Source of the DNA: a virus
DNA length: 64,000 bases
Direction: 5' to 3' (one strand)
Virus record (IMG/VR): IMGVR_UViG_3300001450_000023
Location: 1 to 64,000 of that record
Positions 48,701 to 58,463 of this stretch are shown here, piece by piece. Position numbers and translations under genes: made by a program. Every line of letters starts with the position of its first letter. The first letter of the stretch is position 1. Below the pieces are notes generated by a model. That model made no database searches and was not told the origin of the DNA. It was given only the letters and a program-made list of their open reading frames with translations.

Positions 48701-49450
48701 AATAGCTGGAATATATTTTTTAAAATATCTTTCTTGTTTAGATTCTTGTTTAGATTTTTTAATAGGTTTTCCTTTTTCAACTGTACCACCATCTTTATAA
48801 ACTTTACCACCATGTTTAAGAACTTGACTTGCACCTTTAAAATCAGGCATGTTTTTATATCTTTCATCACCTTTTCTATTTAATAACTCACCTATTTCTG
48901 CACTAGCAATAGCAAATCCCATTTCTGCACCCATTTGACCTAATGCATCCATTCCTCCTCCCATTTCTCCTCCTCCCATTGCTTGTTTGTTTTCTTTTGT
49001 CATCGCAGCATTTTTACTTCCATCAGCGTTATATGCTTTTCCTGTTTCACCATCTGAAAAACCCCCTCCGCCAATATCTTGCCCTGCTAAACCATCTCCT
49101 CCCCAACTATCCATTGCAGAAGATTGTGTATTTGGTTCAGTAGTTTTTGCTTTTTTATTCTTAGAACCATTACTTTCACTACTTCCACTACCCATGTCTC
49201 CCATTCCACCTGTAAGTGAACCTAACATTGCTGACAAACCTGCAGATAAATTCCCACCAGGATTAGCTGCTTCTTTATCTTCTTCTGCAGAATAATAATC
49301 AATAGTAGTACCCCAAGCATATCTCATAATAGAATTATATGCATCATTTATAATGGTACCATCATCTATAGGTGTATATTTTTCTATATAATTATCTAAA
49401 GGTTTTTTATATTTCTTACCTTTATACTTATTATTTTTTCTCCTGTTCAT
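45740..49450 (-). CDS. Virion cargo protein with GH73 peptidoglycan hydrolase domain and YxxGG-delimited modules
   Basis: QVALETGY...HNYGGIK...GGYATSPTY; AEVEGGE...GPDH motif; about nine YxxG(G)-type motifs. Confidence 0.78.
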   Translation of the reverse strand: MNRRKNNKYKGKKYKKPLDNYIEKYTPIDDGTIINDAYNSIMRYAWGTTIDYYSAEEDKEAANPGGNLSAGLSAMLGSLTGGMGDMGSGSSESNGSKNKKAKTTEPNTQSSAMDSWGGDGLAGQDIGGGGFSDGETGKAYNADGSKNAAMTKENKQAMGGGEMGGGMDALGQMGAEMGFAIASAEIGELLNRKGDERYKNMPDFKGASQVLKHGGKVYKDGGTVEKGKPIKKSKQESKQERYFKKYIPAIQAAAEKLGINVDVGAVATQVALETGYVEGNGLATKNHNYGGIKARGKQPFTIEETREYFKNKEEADKWAAKRKENSLMGPTGKVDKKTGKLEYKVKTPFRKFETPEEGMMAQIKLITIPRYAKRGSAESLGDPGKYFTAVAEGGYATSPTYNQKLINLYNNTTLPILEEYFPGMGVQIQGASNTQNNTKNNTQGSTQQQPVQERQEQVEKSELLSPEELQEYSGSVNAPETYSEKKTSKKDDSLIKTTPSKSSQMPNMNQKRGLDWFKFYADGGKIEGDPLKNTADNSIDFLGQQSFVDMYGIPELNLPIYSKKNDPNLKFNTGMSYPGNMFVSAKGKVGDGSVSGSLEQNIYDETFSPNFKVKGQYPLTENIDITGSVKGDFKKGFKGADVGLTAKFYAGGNIKKETIAEVEGGEAFETPNGEVGEFVGPDHSDDPTKESGIKFQVGDKDDNMTNEIIPEETEIYSKRIKNKKNKTMAAEKLKSAGYIKSLEDKIKENPTDPLLLASYNRAKETVEIQDGAMQRVQAEVSAIENLKGLGTYLSKYGGKTRKMTREMKYPGGGMVKNMDYANGGKVHKYQNGTYPSIFNNFGENNMTMSEWVSGAQYAAQGNKEAEDLENLIAQNNINYPGDEFAAFTTVPDTSRKKYDPITMKPVDLGINVPTDFEYTSTKNYDPIKMKPIDVQSISTNYDPTTVKLIDEPLSNNKFSEDTTSLLDEIAAEKAASTTQGQEEKPYEFTLGDKLGLMGTAVSGLGPMATTFMSRATDKPNQNFYEQFGQEAINTLEGTKGFLGQQFNMQEAKIGEFARNARRRFNSTARSVNQQRSLGQMSNMQANDMLNKAYQQYAVGMVGVDNQLSQLKFQQGLYEAKGATEAADKDTADKDAFFTALNQDVANMGAAMQAGGKGLNAKEYDRDINKLMPMLSPYGIGIRKDARGNYEYYQVATGTSSTAKEVQRIIKQFEQEETAKKETTTEEDATTEVKKSN
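46601..46773 (-). repeat. Three degenerate peptide repeats (YDPxxxKPxD)
   Basis: KYDPITMKPVD, NYDPIKMKPID, NYDPTTVKLID. Confidence 0.7.
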
Positions 49451-49481
49451 ATTAATATGAATTTGTAAATGTAAAAATTAA

Positions 49482-52400
49482 TTACCTGAATGATTTGTTC
49501 TCTATTTCAAATGTATAGTTAGTAGTAAGTTTAACATCATCTAAATTATCAAAAATAAACCTTATTATCAAATATTTGTCCCTTAATGGTTGTAAATCAA
49601 ACCAATCTTTAGTAAAACTGATACTAGAAGTATTAATAACTTTATCTATTGGAAATTCTACTTTTAAACTTGTCCAATCTTTTGTGAAAATAGATTTTGT
49701 ATAATCAATCCTATAATCTCTAAGTTCATTAATTTTCCAATCTCTTTCACTTCTATCTATAGTGATTTCATTATTAGCTGTATTCTTAACTTGATTACTT
49801 AAATAATCAGAAGTATCTTGATTTTTAGGTGTTAAAGTTAATTGACCAGTTGTCTGTCTAGAATTATGAAGCATTGCTTTATTAAATGTAACAAATCTTT
49901 CATCAATAAATTCCTGATTTGCAGTAGAATATTTTTTAGCAATTGTTTGCAATATAATTTCATCAAACAATGTTGTTTCAATAGGTGAAGATAATGATAT
50001 ATATTCTAGTATATGTTTATACCTTGTACCATAAAATTTTTGATAAGTCCCTACAACACCATGTTTCCAAAGTTGGTGAGTATTACTCCATGCAGTAAAT
50101 GCAGTTCCTTCTGTAGAGCTAACACTAATAAAATTATTATGGATAGGATACATATACAAAGGAATATAAGAATGGAAACTTACCCAAGTATTTGATAAGA
50201 ATGAATAAGATAAAGTCCAAGACTTATTTTCAAAAATTGATTGATCATGAAATCCTTTAACAAGTTCTGTATAAGTAGTTGTACCAGTTCCTAAACCAAA
50301 TTTACCAGTATAACTACTATATACTAAGCCACCATCTACTAACCCAGAAGCACTTCCTGAAGCTTTATCTGTAAATTTAAAATCATCAGTTTGAGTACTT
50401 ACTATTTTATAATCCCTTTTAGTTAAAATTATTCTTTTATGTCTATAATCATAAATAGCATGCATTCCTATACCATTAGGGTTAGCAGGATTTTGTGTAT
50501 TTGGAAACTCAGATCCTATTAATTCATAATATTGTTGAGCAAAAATTAATTTTAAATTTTCTTTAAAGAAATTTCTCATACCTATAATTGCAGGTTGTAA
50601 TCCCTTAGCAGTAGTTAAAAAAGCTTGTCCAGTATTTCTATCTACAAAGAAAATACCATTAGGTGTTTTTACTGTTGCCCATTTATCTACAGATCCTGCA
50701 GTACCTATATCATCATCTACCATTAATCTTGGAGGAATACTAAAATATTCTCCTGTACCTATAAATGATATTAAATCATCTGTAACTCTTTCTTGAACAT
50801 TTTGTGGTAAAACATATAATGATTCTTCAGTATGTATTAATAAATTATTTTTACTTCTAATAAGATTAGTTATTTCTCCTTTTTCAGCTTCAATATCTTT
50901 ATAATTATTAGCTAAAAATACTCTATAATTATCTCCAGCTTCTTCTTGAAAACTTTGCTGAGAATAACTTACCCTTGTTGGAAAAGACTCTATACAACCT
51001 GAACAACAATTATATGATTCTCCTAATGGGTAATATGCATTTAATTCATTAAATACAGAATAATCTTTATTATAAAGATAAGTTTCAGGAATACCTACAC
51101 TTTTAAATCCCCATGAATCTTTTGGAGGATTTCCTTCTCTAAAAAAGAAAAATCTATTTCTAACATGTTTTAACAAACCATCTATGTTAGCTCTAAGATC
51201 TTTAAAATATTCATTTCCTCCTTTATATCTTACATCATCTTGCCTTAAACTAATATTCATAGTAGATTCTACATATATATTTGAAGCAAATTCACTAGCA
51301 AAAATTAATGCATTTTTTGTTGTAAAAGTATCATAATCATGTACAGCACTTATATTACCAGTAACTATATTATTATCTCTTCTTGTAACCCATTCCATAC
51401 CTGCTATATATTGGTCATAAGCTTCATTAACAACTGCGGCAACAGTTCCTGCAGTTGCAGCAATAGCTACAGCAATTGTTAAAGGAGCTGCAGCTCCATA
51501 AGTAACTACTGTTAATACAACTGATGAAACAAGGCCAATAATAGAAGCTACAAGATCCCAAACAGAATTATTAACTCCCCAAATAAGAGTATTAGGTAAA
51601 TTTAATGGACTAATAAATGTATCTCCTCCATATATGTCATTAGTTGTACCTGTATTAATATACATACAATTATGTGTTCTAAAATAATTTATAGCAAAAA
51701 GATCTGGGTGTACATCTCTATCTATTTTTATAGATACATATGGTATGCAACTATTTGCAAAATTTGCAGACATACCTCTTATTATATTTCCAACACCACC
51801 ACCTGAAGCTATTATTTCAAGTTTTAATATTTGAACTGGATTAGTATGTGAAACATTAAATAACATTCTACCATCTATAAAATTTTCAGATCTTGCTAGT
51901 GGCATCATTACTAAAGATTCAGTAATAGGTCTTAACATTACTGGAGTTTGTACTGCTGGTACACCATTATAAGTCATATATCTAGCAGAAGATAAATATG
52001 CAGTTCCATCACCAAATACAGCACTACCATTTACAGAACCAAATTCTGTAAGATCATCAAATTCATCATTATATCCTTGATTTCCTTTTATCCATTTATT
52101 ATAAAATTGAAATTCATTTTCTTTTTTAAGATATCTTCCTATAGAACCTGTTCTATTAAATAATAGATCAGGGCCTATAAAATAACTATTAGTAGTAGAT
52201 CTACTATCAATATTAGGTGTTGTATTTGCAGGTGTACCTCTATCTGGACCTCCTCTAAGCCATGAGAATAAACTATAATTTACTCCTTCAGAAGTAGCTT
52301 CATTTAAAGGATTACTAATACCTTTATCAATAACAGTTCTGTTAAATTCATTTCTATCTCCTCTTACTATATAATGTCCTATAATATCAGCATGTGGGTA

Positions 52401-54800
52401 TATTATATTATCAAATTTAATTCCTAAAACATTTAATAAATTATGTTGGCTTTGTACTTGCGTAGGAGCTATGGTACTTAATGGTGTAGCTGTAACATTA
52501 AATCCACCAGTACTTGCTGTAGTAATTAAAGTACCAGTTGTTACTATTGATGTAATTCCTGTTGGAGTTGAAGATCCATAATTTATAAAAGCATATTCAA
52601 TTACTACTTCAAGTAAATAAGTGTGATAACTACTTGTTGTACTATCATATATAAAACTATTACCAGTAAGACTAAAAGTAAGTGGTGTTGCTGCTACAGC
52701 ACCACTTCCTCCATCAAAATTATAGTTTACAATAACTGTTCTTGCATTTGCAAGATCACCGCCAAATATACTTAAAAATTCTTGCTCAGTCAAAGTTGGA
52801 TCTGTAGCTGCAAAATTTAGGTTTAATGCTAATCTAGATACAAAAACTACTTTAGTTGGATTTGCTACAATATGAGGTATTAAATTTCTATCTGGAAATT
52901 TATGATGTCTTATAGCTTTTCCTCCTAAACTTGTTCCACAAAAATCTGTTCCCCAATAATCATTACCTGCACAATCTAATATTGTAGGATAATTAGCATT
53001 TTCAGCTTCCCAATAAGCCATTTGTCCACTAGTTGCTGTTAATGGTTTTGCTGTATTATATATTTGCCATTGCCTTAATTGATTTGCTGCAGATAAACTA
53101 TTATAAGCAGCTTCTTGTGATTGTGGATATATATGTGCTATATCTTCATTCCAAGGATCTATTTCTACATCTGGACATAAAACAGTATTTGTAATATTAG
53201 TTATTCTATAACCTGCAGTTGTTGAATCAATTATAGCAGTACAATCATTATTAGTAACTGTCCAAGAAGTTATAGCAAAAACATGAATATTACCTCCTAA
53301 AGAACTTTGAGAACAAGCTATATTTATCCATCCTAATGGATCTCCACAAGTAATATCTTTAGTAAATGTTTGTACTGCACCTGGTGTACCTGTTCCTGGA
53401 TCAATTGTATATTTTATTTCAAAAGATGTTTTAGTACCACTACAATTACAAGGATTATTTATATGTGAAGGACTAGCAGTAGTGTTAAGTCTTTTTATAG
53501 GTTTTAATTCAACTTGTAAACATGTAGTATGCAATACTCCTCCACCACAAGCACCACATGAATAGTTTGTTAAATCTCTTCCAGGAATATGATATGCAGG
53601 AGTTTCATAACCATCTTTAAAAATATATACTATACCAAAAGCATATACTTCATCTCCCATATATCCTCTATGATGCCAATAAGTATCAGGATCTTTAGAA
53701 TTACCTGTTTCAATTATTTCAGAATTTACAGTTTTTACTACATAACTACTTTTAATTAAAGATGCTTTTTTTTGAAAATCACAAAAATTTAAAGATTTAC
53801 CTATAGTGTTTGCTAAAACTAATCTATTTTCTAATTGTTCTATATGCTTTGCTGAAGATATAAAATCTGCATCAATAATTATTTCTGATATATCTATTTG
53901 AACAAATTCATCACTAGGTCCTCCATAGAAAAATTCTCCATTAATTACACTTTTTATACCTGATTGATATGCAATAGCTGGTAATCCATTATTATTAGTA
54001 AAATGGACTACACCAAATCTATAAGATTCATAAGTAGTATCAAGATCAGTTAAAAATATGTTTATACCTTTAGTAGAATGTCCTGTTCCACCAATACTAT
54101 CTGTAGCTATATTTGAAGAACCACTTATTCTTTTATAAGGTGATGTAAGTATACTTTTAAATATTGGTATAGGTTGTGATAAGTAACTCCACTTACTAGG
54201 GTTTAAATCTCTGTCTAAATATTGAATTGCAAAACAATATGTACCAGAGTCTAATGAGCCAGATTCAGTTAATTCAAAACTAGAAAAACAAGGAGGAGTA
54301 AATTCTAAAAATAATTTAAAAAGTTCACAATCCCAATGTACACCAGTTTTAAAATCATCTGGTAAATCAAAATTAAAATATCTTACTGGATTAATTCCAT
54401 CAGTAAAATATATAACTCTTTCACACCCTCTTCTAACTCTAAATACAGCTTCTATTTGATTTTGTATATTGAAACCTAAACAAGGTGCTGTATTATCATT
54501 TACTATTTCAGTATAAGTTCCTTTTTCATCTACAATACCTATTTCAGAATTAGTACCATTAGTACTAAATAATGCTGTATTATTATCTCCAATATATACA
54601 TCACCTATTAAAGTATACCCTGATTTTATAGCAGAAAAAGAAGCATTAGCTTCTTCATTAGATATAAAATTAGATTCCCCTTCTCTAGTTTCATTAATAG
54701 CATTCCAAGCCATAGTATAAGTTCCCTTTGGTTGATCTACAGAAGAAGAATCTGTAAATAAACCCTTATATGGTCTGTTTGAATTTTTATTAGTAGCCAT
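49482..54800 (-). CDS. Tail stabilisation / muzzle protein (P22 gp10-like, crAss Tstab)
   Basis: 1772 aa; KGLFTD start, IYFTDG.NP.RYFN, YMGDEVYAFGIVY, FPTRVSYS, KGEITNL, SWTLSYS...WVSFHSY; follows the tubular protein gene. Confidence 0.8.
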   Translation of the reverse strand: MATNKNSNRPYKGLFTDSSSVDQPKGTYTMAWNAINETREGESNFISNEEANASFSAIKSGYTLIGDVYIGDNNTALFSTNGTNSEIGIVDEKGTYTEIVNDNTAPCLGFNIQNQIEAVFRVRRGCERVIYFTDGINPVRYFNFDLPDDFKTGVHWDCELFKLFLEFTPPCFSSFELTESGSLDSGTYCFAIQYLDRDLNPSKWSYLSQPIPIFKSILTSPYKRISGSSNIATDSIGGTGHSTKGINIFLTDLDTTYESYRFGVVHFTNNNGLPAIAYQSGIKSVINGEFFYGGPSDEFVQIDISEIIIDADFISSAKHIEQLENRLVLANTIGKSLNFCDFQKKASLIKSSYVVKTVNSEIIETGNSKDPDTYWHHRGYMGDEVYAFGIVYIFKDGYETPAYHIPGRDLTNYSCGACGGGVLHTTCLQVELKPIKRLNTTASPSHINNPCNCSGTKTSFEIKYTIDPGTGTPGAVQTFTKDITCGDPLGWINIACSQSSLGGNIHVFAITSWTVTNNDCTAIIDSTTAGYRITNITNTVLCPDVEIDPWNEDIAHIYPQSQEAAYNSLSAANQLRQWQIYNTAKPLTATSGQMAYWEAENANYPTILDCAGNDYWGTDFCGTSLGGKAIRHHKFPDRNLIPHIVANPTKVVFVSRLALNLNFAATDPTLTEQEFLSIFGGDLANARTVIVNYNFDGGSGAVAATPLTFSLTGNSFIYDSTTSSYHTYLLEVVIEYAFINYGSSTPTGITSIVTTGTLITTASTGGFNVTATPLSTIAPTQVQSQHNLLNVLGIKFDNIIYPHADIIGHYIVRGDRNEFNRTVIDKGISNPLNEATSEGVNYSLFSWLRGGPDRGTPANTTPNIDSRSTTNSYFIGPDLLFNRTGSIGRYLKKENEFQFYNKWIKGNQGYNDEFDDLTEFGSVNGSAVFGDGTAYLSSARYMTYNGVPAVQTPVMLRPITESLVMMPLARSENFIDGRMLFNVSHTNPVQILKLEIIASGGGVGNIIRGMSANFANSCIPYVSIKIDRDVHPDLFAINYFRTHNCMYINTGTTNDIYGGDTFISPLNLPNTLIWGVNNSVWDLVASIIGLVSSVVLTVVTYGAAAPLTIAVAIAATAGTVAAVVNEAYDQYIAGMEWVTRRDNNIVTGNISAVHDYDTFTTKNALIFASEFASNIYVESTMNISLRQDDVRYKGGNEYFKDLRANIDGLLKHVRNRFFFFREGNPPKDSWGFKSVGIPETYLYNKDYSVFNELNAYYPLGESYNCCSGCIESFPTRVSYSQQSFQEEAGDNYRVFLANNYKDIEAEKGEITNLIRSKNNLLIHTEESLYVLPQNVQERVTDDLISFIGTGEYFSIPPRLMVDDDIGTAGSVDKWATVKTPNGIFFVDRNTGQAFLTTAKGLQPAIIGMRNFFKENLKLIFAQQYYELIGSEFPNTQNPANPNGIGMHAIYDYRHKRIILTKRDYKIVSTQTDDFKFTDKASGSASGLVDGGLVYSSYTGKFGLGTGTTTYTELVKGFHDQSIFENKSWTLSYSFLSNTWVSFHSYIPLYMYPIHNNFISVSSTEGTAFTAWSNTHQLWKHGVVGTYQKFYGTRYKHILEYISLSSPIETTLFDEIILQTIAKKYSTANQEFIDERFVTFNKAMLHNSRQTTGQLTLTPKNQDTSDYLSNQVKNTANNEITIDRSERDWKINELRDYRIDYTKSIFTKDWTSLKVEFPIDKVINTSSISFTKDWFDLQPLRDKYLIIRFIFDNLDDVKLTTNYTFEIENKSFR

Positions 54801-54806
54801 TTATTA

Positions 54807-55769
54807 TTAATTAGTATATCCTCTAAAATAATTATTTCTTTCATCTGGATCATTAAACTTTCTAAGTTCTTGTTTGTTTAATTTACCAAAAAATCCATAG
54901 TATCTTCTTTGTTTAGGTATCATGTGTAATCTTTGCTCTAACATGTCTTGGTAATCATCTTCACCTTTTAACATGATTGCATGATTTCCAGCTTGTTTAC
55001 AGTACCAATGCCAATCTCTTTCAGACTTCATCAATCTAGAATCACTTCCTTTTTCATTTCTATAAAACCTATATTCCATTACTTTATAAGTAATATATTT
55101 AGTAACTGCTGTAATATAAGAATAATGATCAGGAATCATAGGATATCCATCATCATCTAAATAAGGTCTTGTAAATGCCAATGCAATTGAACCTGTTTCA
55201 AAAGAAAATCTAAGTGAACTACCTCTATCTATTATTTTATATTCATCTGTAGAACCAACATAGATTTTATCTTCATTGGTCATACCATCAAAAAAATTAT
55301 TTGTACTTTGTCTTATTGGAGAAAAACAAGTATTATATAAAGGAGAATTTGCAAAAGGACTATATTCTGCTTGCAAATCATAATATGGTCTATAATATGC
55401 TAACTCATAATCATTTATTGGACTACCATTACAATCTAAAGCTACAGGAGTACTACTAGGTGAATCAGTAGTAGTTGTAGTTGCAGCTTCTACAGCAGTA
55501 CTTGGGCATAAAGGATTATCTTTGTGTGATTTAAAGCAATTATTTCTAGCTACTTGTTTTATTTGATATGTACCATTTGGAATACAGCAAGTATAGTTTT
55601 TAATTTCTATAAATGCTATAGCATCTTCATATTGTGTTATTGCACCTATTGCTTCTAGTGCTTCTGCTGACCATTCAATTACATCAGAAACTGACAATTC
55701 ATCTATCCTTAGATCTCTTCTAAGTTTGTCTAGTATTCTGTATATTGATACATATCTAAAATCTTTCAT
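54807..55769 (-). CDS. Tail tubular / ring protein (crAss Ttub-like)
   Basis: YVSIYRILDKL.RD...DVIEW..EAL...DDDGYPMIPD...WHWYCKQA; lies between IHF-like and Tstab genes. Confidence 0.75.
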   Translation of the reverse strand: MKDFRYVSIYRILDKLRRDLRIDELSVSDVIEWSAEALEAIGAITQYEDAIAFIEIKNYTCCIPNGTYQIKQVARNNCFKSHKDNPLCPSTAVEAATTTTTDSPSSTPVALDCNGSPINDYELAYYRPYYDLQAEYSPFANSPLYNTCFSPIRQSTNNFFDGMTNEDKIYVGSTDEYKIIDRGSSLRFSFETGSIALAFTRPYLDDDGYPMIPDHYSYITAVTKYITYKVMEYRFYRNEKGSDSRLMKSERDWHWYCKQAGNHAIMLKGEDDYQDMLEQRLHMIPKQRRYYGFFGKLNKQELRKFNDPDERNNYFRGYTN

Positions 55770-56281
55770 GTTACTAAAAATTCTTTACCTTGTTTTATCA
55801 ACCTTGCAAGATTTCTTTTTAAATCTCTTGCTGGTTTGAAATAATAAATACCTTTATTTTTAACTAATACATTTTTCTTAGACCATAAAAACTTGTATCT
55901 AATAGAATTAGTGTGTTCATTAAAGTGGAATACCAATTGCTTATCTTCTTTACATTCTTTACATTTTTCCCAAAGCTTTTTTGTTTCTTTCCAGTCTGGA
56001 GATAATCCTTTAATTTCTCCATCAACTAATTTTGGTTTTCTTTTTTTACCTATTATTTGCAAAGAACCCAACTTACAAGGTAATGCTATCTCTTTTGCAT
56101 CTAACAACTCATCTATTATATAGTCAAAAAATCCATATAGAATTTGTAAATAGTCTTTTAGTTCTAATGGATTTTCAGTTTTTTCTTTATATGTGTTATA
56201 GCTTTTTCTAGCTGTACATAAATTATTTTTCATTTGTTGCAGTATTATCTTTTGCATTATTGCTATGATCTTCTCTACCAA
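55766..56281 (-). CDS. IHF/HU-like DNA-binding protein (crAss tail-cluster IHF)
   Basis: IALPCKLGSLQI...PDWKETKKLW...HFNEHT...YYFKPARDLKRNLA; true start may be an internal ATG. Confidence 0.75.
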   Translation of the reverse strand: MVEKIIAIMQKIILQQMKNNLCTARKSYNTYKEKTENPLELKDYLQILYGFFDYIIDELLDAKEIALPCKLGSLQIIGKKRKPKLVDGEIKGLSPDWKETKKLWEKCKECKEDKQLVFHFNEHTNSIRYKFLWSKKNVLVKNKGIYYFKPARDLKRNLARLIKQGKEFLVT

Positions 56282-56957
56282 ATTGATTAAATTGACCTAC
56301 TAGTTCTTGCATTGTTAGTAAAATTAAATCATCTATCATTCCTTCTGCTATTGGAAAATCATAATCATACATTGATTTACAATCATCTATTTTGGTTGCA
56401 ACTGTTCCACAAGAATCAGGTTGCTCATTACAATAATTAGGAAAATTTATTACTTCTTCTTGATTTCCAAATAGTGCTTCTATAGTGATAACTTTAATTT
56501 TAATTGGGGATGAAATAAATAAATACTCATCTCTAATAAAAAAGTCAGGTTTTTTTGAAGTGTACTTAGCACCTTGTTTATATTGATACCCTTTCCATGT
56601 TGTTTCACCAAATTGTGTTTTTCCATCTAAGGATGTTACACTCTGAATAATATGATTAGAATATCCCATTAATGGAGCAGGTAATTTATGTTTACTTCTA
56701 TATATAGTACAACCAAGAGTAGGAATACAAGGGCATTCATGTATAGGTACTTCTATAAGTTCTACACATGGTAATACTTGATAAGACCATTGATTTACTC
56801 TCTGCTTTTTATTTTTTCTTTGTTCATATAATTTAGCAGTAGTAGTTAACAACTTATTATAAATATGTCTTGATCTTAATCTACTATCATCAGATTGTAC
56901 TCCTTTAGAATACATGCTCTGAACTCTCTGTATTATATCTTGATTTTTCATGCTCAT
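56223..56957 (-). CDS. Head-tail ring / adaptor protein
   Basis: SDDSRLRSRHIY...YQVLPCVELIEV...RSKHKLP...DFPI pattern of crAss ring proteins. Confidence 0.65.
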   Translation of the reverse strand: MSMKNQDIIQRVQSMYSKGVQSDDSRLRSRHIYNKLLTTTAKLYEQRKNKKQRVNQWSYQVLPCVELIEVPIHECPCIPTLGCTIYRSKHKLPAPLMGYSNHIIQSVTSLDGKTQFGETTWKGYQYKQGAKYTSKKPDFFIRDEYLFISSPIKIKVITIEALFGNQEEVINFPNYCNEQPDSCGTVATKIDDCKSMYDYDFPIAEGMIDDLILLTMQELVGQFNQFGREDHSNNAKDNTATNEK

Positions 56958-57633
56958 GTATTTTTAGAATATTTGTAAGATCAGAAGGGTAATATACTTC
57001 ATAGTCATCACCTTTTAACCAAACTAACATTCTGTTACTTATTTTAAAACCTAATTGCTCTAATAATATTTGATAATATGATAATTGTATTTGATATTTA
57101 TTATAAGAAGAATCTTTAAATATTTCAAAAGGTTTTAACATATTATTGTAAGACTTAAATAAATCTTTATTTGTCTTATAATCTCCTATTACTAAAGTGT
57201 TGTCTCTATTATCTAACAATATAAAATCAGTTGTACCTGCATATTTATATTCATTAGAATACATTTGTAATTCTACAAAAACTACCTCATAATATTTTGG
57301 CAATTCTTCCCAAAACTTAATTACAGATTTTGGTACATCTTCACTTACTATACCTAAACAATAATCTTCTGCATACTTATGTACTAAAGTACCATAGTCT
57401 GTAGCTTTCTTATTGTTTTCTTGCCATTCCTTAAGAACTTGCTGTTTAGTTTTATTGTGTTTTTTAGCAACAAATCCTGCTATTAAATCTGCTTTAAAAG
57501 GTTCATAGAACTGTTTTATTAATGCAGAAGTAGAAGGATATATTTCACCACTTATTTTATAAGTATGACTTAACTCATCAAATTCTAAACTGTTGTAAAC
57601 TTCTTTAGCTTTTTTTATTACTTTATCTTTCAA
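56905..57633 (-). CDS. PD-(D/E)XK nuclease (Cas4/RecB-like)
   Basis: FDELSHTY, GTLVHKYAE, ELQMY...YAGTTD...IGDYKTN, YQIQLSYY. Confidence 0.85.
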   Translation of the reverse strand: MKDKVIKKAKEVYNSLEFDELSHTYKISGEIYPSTSALIKQFYEPFKADLIAGFVAKKHNKTKQQVLKEWQENNKKATDYGTLVHKYAEDYCLGIVSEDVPKSVIKFWEELPKYYEVVFVELQMYSNEYKYAGTTDFILLDNRDNTLVIGDYKTNKDLFKSYNNMLKPFEIFKDSSYNKYQIQLSYYQILLEQLGFKISNRMLVWLKGDDYEVYYPSDLTNILKIHEHEKSRYNTESSEHVF

Positions 57634-57674
57634 TTTTACTTTTTTTACAAATTATTTAATAAATTTATTTATAA

Positions 57675-57682
57675 CAAATTTA
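57675..57682 (-). promoter_or_regulatory. Candidate Bacteroidota -7 promoter element (TAAATTTG)
   Basis: TAnnTTTG on the minus strand in the intergenic gap about 40 nt upstream of the nuclease/tail genes. Confidence 0.3.
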
Positions 57683-57743
57683 CAGTTTATTCTACGAAAT
57701 AAAAAATCTTTAGTTTACAGTAAAACACTTTTTTAAAAATTTA

Positions 57744-57902
57744 TTAGGTAGTACTAGTAGCATCTCCTAGCTCACAATTTTTATTAGGAGTTTCTTTGCA
57801 ATTACATTTTTCTTTAAGTTTTTTAATTCTTTCAGATTGCTTTTTAATAAACATTAAAAGCTTTTTGTTTGCTTCTTCGTAGTTTAATTCACCATTTAAC
57901 AT
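57744..57902 (-). CDS. Small hypothetical protein (52 aa, not in ORF track)
   Basis: MLNGELNYEEANKKLLMFIKKQSEEIKKLKEKCNCK...STT. Confidence 0.55.
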   Translation of the reverse strand: MLNGELNYEEANKKLLMFIKKQSERIKKLKEKCNCKETPNKNCELGDATSTT

Positions 57903-57913
57903 AATAATAAAGT

Positions 57914-58210
57914 TTATTCTAAAAATCTTAATTTTTCATTAAGCATAATTTGTATTGTAATTACAGCAGCAGTTACTTCTTCTAATGCTCCAAGTGTTTC
58001 TAGATCCCTTTCTCTGATATATGTGTTTAACTCTTTTAAATGAACTGCATGCCTTTCTTTTGTTTCTTTAATCTCTTTTCTTAGTGACTTTCTTTCATTA
58101 GTCATTTCTATTTTTGTTTCTTTTTTATCTTTCCACAATGCATAGATACCAACTCCCAAAGCTACTATAACTGGTGTTTGTTCCAGTAACGTAAATAATA
58201 ATTGATCCAT
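57914..58210 (-). CDS. Membrane-anchored coiled-coil protein (holin/spanin-like)
   Basis: N-terminal TM segment PVIVALGVGIYALW followed by coiled coil. Confidence 0.55.
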   Translation of the reverse strand: MDQLLFTLLEQTPVIVALGVGIYALWKDKKETKIEMTNERKSLRKEIKETKERHAVHLKELNTYIRERDLETLGALEEVTAAVITIQIMLNEKLRFLE

Positions 58211-58223
58211 AAGGGTTTAGTTT

Positions 58224-58463
58224 TTATTCTTCTTCTTTAATTTTTTTCTTTAAATCAATGTCTTTCAATTTCTCAAAAGATCTGCCTCCAAAATATGCAC
58301 CTATAACAGTAATCAATACTAGCTCTAACAAACTAATCCAATTGTCTGCAACATTAAACTTTGCAAAAATTCCATCTACAAAAATTAAAAGTATTGTCAT
58401 TAATACTAAAAATAACAATACAATAGGTCTTACATTTTTTGATAGCCAATTATCTAGTTTCAT
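58224..58463 (-). CDS. Holin-like protein (GTA 3TM-holin C-terminal-like)
   Basis: WLSKNVRP + TM + TM + AYFGGRSFEK + basic tail. Confidence 0.72.
   Translation of the reverse strand: MKLDNWLSKNVRPIVLLFLVLMTILLIFVDGIFAKFNVADNWISLLELVLITVIGAYFGGRSFEKLKDIDLKKKIKEEE

Noticed and set aside
56905-57633. Cas4-like nuclease as part of a CRISPR system
   Set aside because: No repeat-spacer array or other cas genes seen; it lacks the Fe-S cysteines; stand-alone PD-(D/E)XK nucleases are common in these phages
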